This document shows, piece by piece, positions 53,676 through 64,000 of a DNA stretch of 64,000 bases. The notes under the pieces are model-generated. The model was not told where the DNA came from. It saw only the letters and a program-made list of their open reading frames with translations, and did not search any database. The number at the start of each line of letters is the position of its first letter. Position 1 is the stretch's first letter. Source of the stretch: Somniosus microcephalus (Eukaryota); assembly GCA_052327205.1 (NCBI GenBank), contig CM126235.1, positions 5,146,001 through 5,210,000 on the forward strand, given 5' to 3'. The position numbers and the translations under genes are program-made.

Positions 53676-53976
53676 TAATGGATTAAGAAGGGTCATCTTA
53701 AAAGGATGTTATTGAGACACGACTTGCAAAATCAGGGAACCTGTTAAATCAAGAGTAGACCCACAGAGCAACCAAACTCTTTTTTTGAGCATTTGTATAG
53801 AATATCCGGTGACAATGTAAACTTATCACTTGTCCACAGATGTAAAATTACAGTGAATTGTGCAAAACTGTAACTTTTCATCTAATACAATAGCAAAATA
53901 CTGCAGATGCTGGCAATCCGAAACAGAAAATGCTGGGAACACGCAGGTCAGGCGGCATCGTGGAGAGAGAAACAAT

Positions 53977-54719
53977 GGCCCAGAAATTAGGTTCGGGGGC
54001 TTGCCGCGCGTGCAAGCCCCCGATGTGCACTCACCCGGCACGCCAACATCTGAAGCCTGCTTGGAATTCCTGTCACTGGCCCGGTTCAGATGTCGGCGCG
54101 CTATGCTTGCCTGATCCAGCGGCGTAGTTAGTGCGATGTGCTGGCTGGGATCAGGTGAGCACCGTGCAGCCAATCAGGGGAGGGGAAACTTCATTCATGA
54201 GTTTGATAGTAAGAACTGTCAAACTCATGAAAAGTACGGGCTGCCAAAAGACTAGTTTAACTTTAAATAAAATTTAAAAAAACATCCCAATAATTAAATA
54301 AACTATAAATAACTTTAAAACTTTTTTAAACAATTAATCAAATTTTTGAAAAAAATAATTTAAGAAATCGGGTCTAAAAATAAACTTACCTTACTGTAAA
54401 GTCCTTAAAAACAATAAAACTGTGGAAAAAATGTTATAATTTTAAATAATAGACCACTTACCTTAAAAGAATCAAGTCCTTACGCCTCCTTTTTATATGT
54501 CTAAAAAGTTCAGGCCCTTACACACGGGCAAACCTGTCAAAAAGGAAGTTCAACGCGTGCGCGCAGAGCCCTGTGTGCACGCGTTGGACCTCTGAACCCC
54601 TTGGAGGAAATGCCGGTTTCCCGCGCATGCGCTGTGCATGCTGAAATCCGGCACTTCCAACAGGCCCACGTGTGAGTGCCCTGTCCATACTCACGCATTG
54701 GGACCGGAATTACTGGCCC
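53977..54719. mobile_element. PIF/Harbinger-type MITE, family 1 copy C (diverged)
   Basis: GGCCCAGAAATTAGG...CCGGAATTACTGGCCC; AAT/ATT flanks; splits a fold-back repeat (gagagagaaacaat|taacgtttcaaggtc). Confidence 0.8.
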
Positions 54720-55040
54720 ATTAACGTTTCAAGGTCGATGACCCTTCATTGGAACTTTTCAACCATACCTGTACAATGGGCACCCCAGAAATCAAGGGTT
54801 TATGTTTAACCAATGGCCAAGTGGGAAAGAGCATTGTATTGTATGGCACTGAGCCAAAGAGGCCAGGAAGGTCCAAGCTTCGTCAGTGTTCAGCCAGAGT
54901 AGCAGTAGGAATGCTAGTATTGGCCTCAGGTGTTCCTAGACTTAGGAGTAACAACATTTCTATCCAATGACCCACATATGGGGCTGTTGGTTGAGAACAG
55001 GATTGGCTCAGCTGCAATTGTCCCTTTTCCTTGCCAAACT

Positions 55041-55073
<33 letters not shown>

Positions 55074-58067
55074 AGAGGAGCAGGAGAGAGAAAAAAGGCA
55101 GTCAGACACTCATTGTCCAGGCTCTCTCATGAAGAACCTGCAGCCTATGTACAGGACCAGAGACAGGACAATTTACAAATATAAATACAATTCATCTTGA
55201 GCCAGTTATTTTCCTTCAGTTTCACTGCACGACAGGAAACACTAGTAATGGTTCCCAAGTTAGCAAACAGCAAGCTTTTCTTATGCAGCAGCGAATAAAT
55301 ATCATATGGAGTAATTCAGGCACCATATGCAGCATTAAACAACATTATAATGAACACCTAATTAAGATAAATATTGTATTTGCAATCCATGCTTAAACTT
55401 GTTAAAAATGGATATTAAAATAATAATCCTGTCTGCTATACAAGCATCACTACCATTCCAGGAGTGCTACAGCATGCACCCATTTCTTACTTATGCTGAC
55501 CTTCAGCAGCAGTCATGTACTGTATTAAGCGATCAGTAACTTTGCTTTTAAGCTGAGATTTGAGAAAACACAACTTTTCACATACAGGAACCCGAAGGGC
55601 ACTTGTACATAGAAAATAACTTTTTGTAACACATTACTGGCCACAAGCCAGTGTCCATTGTTAATTGGAAGCCCCACCAAGATTTGGCTATCCCAACTAC
55701 TGTGTCTAGTCAAAAACCAGCAGGGTGCCCCTTATTAAAGCCAAAAGTATTAACAAATAAATGGCAACTGTATCTGTAACTTTAAAATCAGCAGCGCCAT
55801 CAAATAATGCAAGTGCTTCTGAAGAATTAAGTAGCTTTCTGCTTTGGTTCTCGTAGGCTACGGCAAGTGGTCAAGTTGTAATTTGTTAATATGAAGTAGA
55901 TTAACGGGGAAGAAAGGGTCCAGGAATGTCTGTGGCGTTCAAGCTCAAATAGTATACATTTAATTTAGACAAGTATCTACTTTAGTGATCAGTGGGTCTC
56001 ACGGGGGTGTTCTGCATAAAGTGGCGCTGTTAGCAGATAGCTGTATGTGTGACTTTCAAACTTTTGATCGCAGTTTCTCCTCTCCGGGCTGTCAAACAAC
56101 CAAACTGTTAATTTTAGTTTGTAGATCTGCATAAAAAACACATATTTGTTGAAGGGTTTCACACCTTATAGCTGTAAAGTAAGCCCAGAATGATAAAGAT
56201 GCAAGACCTCAAGCCCCAGGTTAATAGAAACTATATTCTAACTATTAGACAGCTTATACTGTGTTCCAATATTTATAGAATGTAAATTGCAGATTAGTTC
56301 CAAATGCAACTGCGCAAGAATAAACCTCAAAATGACTAAAACCAGGAGTCAACCTAAATCCCAAATAGTTACACTTTGCTTATTTAAGAAATTCCATTGC
56401 AGTTCCCCATACTATATACGAAGGTTTCCCTGTACTACCAGCTTCCTCTGCCCATCATTCATCCATGCAATTTTGACTCCCAACGTCATTTAGATGCCCC
56501 CCGTTCCCCTCTGTACTTGCTTAAAACCAGTTATATCTCTTAACTTTTTCAAGTTCTGACAAAGGGTTTCTCTCTCCACAGATGCTACCTGACCTGCTGA
56601 GTATTTCCAGCATTTTCTTTTTTTAAAAAAAATTTATGGCCCTCTTCTCTGCTGTAAACTTCTACAATTATGAGAAATTGGGCAATAGATCACAATTGTG
56701 CATTCTTTACTGTGTACAAACTATATGTAGAGTGTACTAATCAATGTCATCTGCATTAGCAAACCAAAATATTGAAAGGGGAAAATGAAATAATCTTGAA
56801 AAATACACAAGTTATGTTCTTCCATCAGTTAAATTTCTTCTTGTATACTACAATATTTTTGATACCTCAATTGAACGGCCAGAGATTACTGTTTGTAATC
56901 ATCCATGCATGTTTATTATTGATTTAGTTGATGGAAAGTTGAACAGGTATTTTAAAATATATGAAAAACAAAAGGCAACTCAGAAGGATTAGAAAAAAAG
57001 TGATCAGAGTTACTGGTAGTGGGAGAGGAAAGGTAGGCACTTTGCTTCCTATTTCCAGTTACTGGATCAGTAGCTTTCCGTGCTCCGTATTTTAATGTTG
57101 AATCAATAAACTACAATAACCAGTCGCTCCACTAGTGCACAGTATTGTTTAGTTAGGATACTTCAGTCTAGCAAGTTGCCTTTCAAGATCACCTAGAGGC
57201 CAAAGATTTTAGACATCCAAATTATGTGCTTGGCACCACTCACTCAATTTATATGTAACCTTGATAAGTTATGTGTGTACTGTTCGTGTGTTGCCTGTGC
57301 CAGGCTCAGCCCTATCACTGATCGTATTTCTTCAGACATTTAGCAATAGATGGCATTTTGCCCTTTCGCCCCAAACAGAAATTACCAGCTACATTAAGTG
57401 ATGCAAACACTGCTTTTCAAAGCCATCCATATTGTGGCAATGCAATATGGGAGGGGAAGGGGAAGAAATCTTTAGTGGACAACACCAAAATGGCAAAGAA
57501 AGTGATTTGGGGGAGGGGGGGGGGGGGGAAAAAGAGATGGGCACATGGCAGCTGAAATACAAAATCCTAACACGTTTAAGCATGAACAGCATTTCAGATC
57601 TATAGATTATTGAAATCCATAGGCCCCGCCATCTTTATATTCAAAAGTTCTAGATCAACAGCGCTCGTGGTTTTCAGTGGCATTTGTTCCCCCAGCAGCC
57701 CAGCCCCGACTTCAAACCCATCTACTCAAAGTTCCATTCCATTTCATTTGTGCCTCTGGTATTCACCCTCTTTTCCTTCCAATGCTTTTTTGAAACTGCC
57801 AGCCTTGTTACGCCCTGCAGCTTAGGGGAAAGCACCAACTCCCTCATCACCCAGCATCATCCCTCCATATAACTTCTCCTGCCCACCCCACCCGATAGGT
57901 TTGAAGCAGCTCCCTTTATCTTTCTCCTCTTCTCTCCGCCACCCCCCCCTCCACAACCAAACCAAGTAACCTCTCCCAATGTGCTTTCCAAGCAGTCATA
58001 TTTGTTTAACTTAAAGGCTAATCGCTAGCATAATTCACCCTCTTTCTCTTCCCCCACCCCCCAAGTA

Positions 58068-58525
58068 CATAGAAGATAGGAGCAGGAGTAGGCCATTCGG
58101 CCCCTCGAGCCTGCTCCACCATTCAATGCGACCATGACTGATCATCCAATTTCAGTACCCTGTCCCTGCTTTCTCCCCATACCCCTTGATCCCTTTAGCC
58201 TTAAGAAATATATCCAACTCCTTCTTGAATATATTTAATGAATTGGCCTCTACTGCCTTCTGTGGTAGAGAATTCCACAGGTTCACCACTCTCTGGGTGA
58301 AGAAATTCCTCATCTCTGTCCTAAATGGCTTACCCCTTATCCTTAGACTGTGTCCCCTGGTTCTGGACTCCCCAACCATCGGGAACATCCTTCCTGCATC
58401 TAGTCTGTCCAGTCCCGTCAGAATTTTATAAGTTTCAATGAGATCCCCTCTCATTCTTCTAAACTCCAGCGAGTACAAGCCCAATTGAGCCAATCTCTCC
58501 TCATACGTCATTCCTGCCATCCCAG
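58068..58525 (-). mobile_element. CR1 3' end, same subfamily as 16171-20889
   Basis: ORF 58152..58562 is nearly identical to ORF 20377..20808. Confidence 0.92.
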
Positions 58526-58925
58526 TGATATACCTATCAATACATTCCATGAAAAGCGACAAGTTAAGATAGTAACCATAGGTTTTTATTGGCTAAATAA
58601 CAGAGCCCACCCTCGTGGGTGATCGGTTCCAACAAGGAAGAATACTAGCCAGTCACCTTTATACCTGGGCAAGCAGGCGGAGCCATGGGCGGAGTCAGCT
58701 GAGGTATGCCTAGGTATAACAGCGTGCGTGGCAAGAGGTAATCTTGTGTAGTGATAACAACAGTGTAACGATAGTGAACGGTTGTGAACGATAACAGTGG
58801 TTTACCACATTCACCCCTTGTTTAAAATGGAGTCCGGCGGGGTGACGTGTACTACCAGTTCGTGTATGTCAGTCTATCAGGAGGCCTCGTAAGCCTTTCT
58901 GATCGGCGCAGCAGCGGCGGTGCAG
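58526..58925 (-). mobile_element. Gypsy-type LTR retrotransposon remnant: integrase C-terminus, PPT and 284-bp 3' LTR
   Basis: Minus strand reads PPLLRRSERLTRPPDRLTYTNW*, then PPT AAACAAGGGGTGAA (58810-58823), then LTR TGTGGT...TATCA (58809-58526) with TATAAA and AATAAA. Confidence 0.82.
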
Positions 58926-58934
58926 TATCCGATG

Positions 58935-59070
58935 TTAGTGTTAGCATTACTGTTTGGAGGTCTATATACCACTCCCACGAACGTTTTCTGCTCCTTGGTA
59001 TTTCTCCGTTCTACCCATACAGATGCCACATCAGAGCGAATATCCTTCCTTACAATTGTGTTAATCCCTG
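58935..59070 (-). mobile_element. CR1 endonuclease fragment
   Basis: Reverse complement aligns to ~17815-17940 of the large CR1. Confidence 0.75.
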
Positions 59071-59732
59071 TACATTCCCCAGCCTACTCCTCCCCTCCCT
59101 CATGTGACTCCTATCCTTTTTTTCTCCACCCTCCCATCATTTTCCCCCCACCCTCAACACGGCTTGACCAGAAAACTACACTTGGCCTCAACTTCCCAAC
59201 TGAAACACCACTGGTACATTCAAGTAACTGGTACTTTTGATATCTTGGCTTGCAGATTCATTCATGTTTCTACCCTGTGCCAGGTAGGGAGAAAAAAAGT
59301 CTTGAAATTCCTGTTAAAATGAGCAGTGTCTGGAGGTAAAAATCTGCACTGCAATGCTAAAGTTCAACTCAATGCCACTGCAAATTTTAAAGAGTATAAT
59401 TGCTAACTGTCCTCTTTTGCCTGCCTCCAAAAAAAATGTATTGCCTTCCCTTACTTACGTAAGCAGGTTGACTGTATTCACAAAGTATGTGCACTTCCTG
59501 GCAAGTATTTGTACAACATAAACACCTAGTTTTTGTAGATGACAGATTTGATCTTGTGAACTATTTATTACACAGCAGTATCAACTTGTCTACACCCAGT
59601 ATCAACGTCTATCCACGTACATTCTTGTCCAACCTAAAAAGGATGGGCAGGGTGTCCATTTTCAACAATAATTCTCCTGTATGGTATCATTTAACATAAT
59701 CGAAGAGTTTAAGATGAGAAAAACCCAAGTAT

Positions 59733-59852
59733 TGAGTCACCTATTAGCAGCATGATTTCACAGCTGACTCAGTTTCAGTTATGCAGATAAAGAACACTCT
59801 GGCCCTCAACAGCCACTCCCAGGTAATGCTTCAAGGAGATTGCCTTATAAGG
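59733..59852. promoter_or_regulatory. Candidate intron-1 enhancer: two AP-1 sites and a perfect CArG box
   Basis: TGAGTCA 59733-59739, TGACTCA 59765-59771, CCTTATAAGG 59843-59852; motif evidence only. Confidence 0.4.
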
Positions 59853-62526
59853 TTAAGCTGCTCAGCTGAAAAACTAAGCATTACATACTGTAGGTGTGGC
59901 ATACCAGAAGTAGCTCCTGTAACAGCCATCATTTTTTTTTTTGCATGACATTTACCAGCCTGATAGCTTGAACAGGATCGACAGTGATAAGCTGCTTGTA
60001 TATTTAAAATCATTTCTTAGTTGCAATGACCCACAGTTTATGGCTTATTGTGCAGGGGGGAAGGCAATCCGATATTTGTAGTTTATTTAAAAGTGTCTAA
60101 AAAAACTTTCAAACCCACATTCACGCCTATTGCTGCAACAGCCATGTATCTAGTACTAGTAAGATTGCAAAATCATGCCACGAGTACTATAAATCAATTT
60201 AAACAGGCACCACAGTTCCATCTGCAAAGCAGATTAGAAGATCCTACTGGTGTCAAGTCAAGCATTCACTGAACTCAAGGTGGGTCCAAGCAGTCTATTT
60301 TACAACAGTACTACAGGGTACTGTACTTAATTACAGCAGACCGGGAATCTGGTATGCTGCTGCAGTTACTTTCTACTTGCTTGCAAGTAAAAAAAAAGTG
60401 AAAACGATTGGTTATAGATTGATTTTACAAGTCATTTTTGGGGGAAAAGGTCACTTTTCTAAGTTACTAGTTAAAAACTACTGTAACAAGAAGCAATGTC
60501 TCAGAGTGACCGGAAATTACTGGGAATAATTGTACTGCAGTAAAGGTAGATTCCTCATATAACCCATGCACAAGTCAAGCAAATAACAGTTCTGCATTTT
60601 GAACTTGTCTCGGGAGAATTCCAAAATTGTGGCATTTGTAAAACTGTAGCAGAACTATTTGGTTACAGCTTATAAATCAAATAGTTTTAAATAACTTTAG
60701 AAATGCATTTATTACAGAAGTGTCTTTGACACTATTTGAAAAGTCACCAATGTAAATCCTGGCCAATTAACCACTAAGCTTTCCTCTTTGAAATCAATCC
60801 TACAAAAACTATAAAGTCAGTATCAGGTCTCCATGAATCCAGTTAAAAAGTCTCATTCTAGCAAGATTTCCCCCAATCCCAAGACCTACACTATTGAGGG
60901 AGTGGATGGAAAAAACAGCCATTATACTCATGTCCCTAGGTGAAGAATGACTATCCAGACTCTCATCTATGGCTGTAATTTTGTTTTGGTAATATTTGAG
61001 AATAATGTATTAAATGACAAAAATATCAAGACATGCAAATCAGTTGAGGGGGAAAAAGTCAAGACTTTTTTTTTTACTGTAATCAAAATGCTTTTATTTT
61101 AATCAGCTTAAAATCACCTGTAGTCATAAATTACCTTTTTTTTTTTTTAAATCAGTGGCCCAAGAAAAACTTTAAACCATTTTTGTAAAAATAGGAAAAT
61201 ACAATACATGCCCAGAAACACTTCAGGCAGTGGTAGACCTGGCTGGATTTTGGCTGCCACTAGATTGCCTTGCAACAAAATGAACAGCTGTAGACAGACT
61301 CTCCATTAAGGAATCCAGAAGAAATGTCGATCACTGCCAGAAGAAAAGCTCCACTGGGATCGACACTGCAGCCAACTGGCTCCTTTCCAAGTGAGTCATT
61401 AATATCCCCAACTTTTCCCCCCAATTTAGGGAGGATAATAGTCATACAAGCAAAGGATTTTCCAATTATCCATACAGTTTCCCTTCATCAGGTGCAGGAG
61501 TCTGACAGTCATTTATCCAGGGTAATTTTCTAGAACTGCCACGGGCAGCGCTGACAGAGGATGGGATCCTCATGTGCAAGAGAGGTTATTTCAGATCTGC
61601 CCAACAGAAGAAAAATCTAAACAGGGAATGGAAAAAAGATATTGTAGCATCAGTGACTCCCCTAACTAAGGTGCAGCTTTACTCGTATCCCATTTATATT
61701 ATACCAGTTGCGCTAAAGGATCACTGCCTCAAGGAGTGGTTTTGTTTCCCACCTTCAGTAACAAAACACTACTGGCAAAAGTGAAGAGCCACAGCAAGCA
61801 GCACCATTTGGTTTTGGTCAATATCAGGTTGAGTCACTTTAATATTACTTATCTGTAAATGCCTTCCCCCAGCAATGGGGAATTTTACAGTCAGAACAGC
61901 AGGTGGGAAAATTTGAACAGAGCTGGATCGTATTGTGGAAAAGCTTCAAGTGGTGCCAATGCCTTTTCCTGTGACTTGAAGTGCTTATTCCTTGAGTTAC
62001 CTTTTTTCCCTTTGCTTTTTCTGCTGGTCAAACTGAATCACCTATGGTAACACAAGCAGGTTCAAATTTGAACAGGCTGGGAATAAGGAGGAAATTGACA
62101 TGAAACAGACGTAAAAGGATAGAAACGGTTAGCTTTGTTACAAAGTAAATCAAACTCAGATCCAGCTACTGGTCAGATGTGAACCAAATGCCAGAAGAGC
62201 AAACCATGACAGTAAAGGAATGTAGTTTTGCAAGTTACCTTAGAAGCACATTTAATCGGGGGGGGGGGGGTAGGAAAGGGATGTTGGCAACACAGTTGAA
62301 TGATGAGACTAAGCCCAAATATTGACTTACAATGGCTTTTTTCCTACTCTAGTAGTAATGTTGATTCAAGAGAAACAATTAATTTTGAAACAAGAACTCA
62401 AAGATAGACTTTTTGGGAGGGGTGGGGTGAGGGTAGTTGAATAAAATTACCATGGGCACTCACTTACCAGGATTGGATGTATGCAGTTGTCAGGCTACAT
62501 GGTCTGTATAATGGATACACGTGAGT

Positions 62527-62790
62527 ACAGGTGGATGCAAAAGATCCCATGGCACTATTTAGAAGAGATGGGGAGCTCTCTCCAGTGTCCTGGCCAATAT
62601 TTATCCCTCAACCAGCATCACTAAAACAAATGATCTGGTCATTATCACATTGCTGTTTGTGGGAGCTTGCTGTGCTCAAATTGGCTGCAGTGTTTCCTAC
62701 ATTACAACAGCATCTACACTTCATTGACTAAAGTACTTTGGGACATCCAGAGGTTGTGAAAGGCGCTATATAAATGCAAGTCTCTCTCTT
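62527..62790 (+). mobile_element. Deu-domain SINE, 5'-truncated
   Basis: cattgctgtttgtgggagcttgctgtgctcaaattggctg core and aggcgctatataaatgcaagtctctc tail. Confidence 0.8.
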
Positions 62791-64000
62791 TCCTCCTTTT
62801 ACTTTTCACAGTACCTGTGCACACACGAGTACAATTCATTTCAGGTTTTATGTACTTATCGAGAGACGCAAAAAAAAGTTTTAATTACTCTTACAGGTCT
62901 GTAGTTACAGTGCTATGCTAAGCCAATATTTTGAGCTTGCACATGCAAGTCACTCCAGCACTGGCACTGTTTATTTAAAGCAGCACCTGTATTGCATGGT
63001 GATGCAGCATGTTGGGACCACTAGTGTGCAATGGCAGAGGGGAGGAATGCATTGGATAAGACAGTAAAGAAAAGTAGCATAATGCAGTTCAGACCATGAC
63101 TTTCTACATGCTAGCACCAAACCTGGAGGCCAGGTGCTCTCCCAGAGGAGAGGAAGATTGACACACGCAATCTTTGACAGCAAATAGAACCTCTCCCCAC
63201 CGACTTGAGCTGCTTTGGCATTAGAGGGTGCTTGCAAAGCCAGTTCCTAATATATGCATATCTGGTGGCAAACCCAGGCACGCTTGACCAATACTGTGAA
63301 ACTGGTTTAAAAGCGTGTTCCTGACAGTCGGTCTTAGTAAATGCAGCAAATTTAATTTGTGGGAAATCTGCAATTGTGTCAGAGTATTGGGATCCAGCAG
63401 TACAAGCAACCCGAGGCCCTTTTAAAGCAGCACAAGTCACTTAGTGGGATTAGCTACATGAAGGTTTCTCCCAAACACATTTTTATAATCTCTACTTCAA
63501 TAAGAATGTAAAAAAACATCCACCATCTCAGTATGGTGTGCTCCTAAATGCTCAGATTAGGAGCTTTCCCTCCCCCTTTTGAGATTTCAGCAGTGATGCT
63601 ATAAAAACCAATTACAGTAACACTAGCAAGATAACATTTATTGTTTCACTATAGTACAATCTACATAAATTCTACTCTGCCTGTTGCTTCTTTTCCTCCC
63701 TTGCTCATTCTAGCTACATCATTTATACTTACTTACTTTCTCAAAACCTAAAGCTTACAAGTTTTCCCCTGCCTCTACCAATCTACACTCAGAACATTGT
63801 CCTTTTTAGCTGAATCCAGTATTGAGACAAATGTTCAAGTCAATTAGGAGACTAAAGTGTCAAACTTAAATATTCATTTTTTTAAATTTTTTTTTAAACT
63901 GACTTTTGCATTTGTAAAGCAGCCAACATAACTTAGTGATGCAGGCACACTAAAACCAGTTCTCGGCAGCTGCAGATATCCAAGGCTTAAGAGATTTCCA

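Noticed and set aside
62455-62520. Strong donor CTG|GTAAGT in intron 1 as a possible alternative first exon
   Set aside because: No alpha-actinin N-terminal peptide (WEKQQRK), no clear open frame or CpG island upstream

Overview
Eukaryotic (vertebrate) genomic DNA. The repeat content (CR1 LINEs with GGGCCGAATGGCCT-type tails, Deu-domain SacSINE1-like SINEs) points to a cartilaginous fish, which is an inference. The window lies entirely inside one minus-strand gene, a non-muscle alpha-actinin best matching ACTN4. Coding exons 2-17 were mapped by hand with GT-AG boundaries and continuous frame, including a duplicated, mutually exclusive exon 8a/8b pair. Exon 1 lies beyond the right edge and exons 18 onward beyond the left edge. 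The introns hold a near full-length CR1 LINE, many CR1/L2 fragments, SINEs, a Gypsy LTR remnant, an Ingi/Vingi-like fragment, and MITEs of three DNA-transposon superfamilies (PIF/Harbinger, Tc1/pogo-Tigger, hAT), several of them nested. The best leads are: the splicing landscape around exon 8 (RBFOX-type motifs, a candidate in-frame 33-nt microexon, a candidate poison exon behind a long AG-free zone, twin MITEs bracketing the cassette), a covarying ~88-nt hairpin carried by Harbinger MITEs, and MITEs loaded with perfect 5' splice sites or RFX boxes. No prokaryotic systems, CRISPR arrays or rRNA/tRNA genes were seen. Family names come from motif recognition, not database searches.
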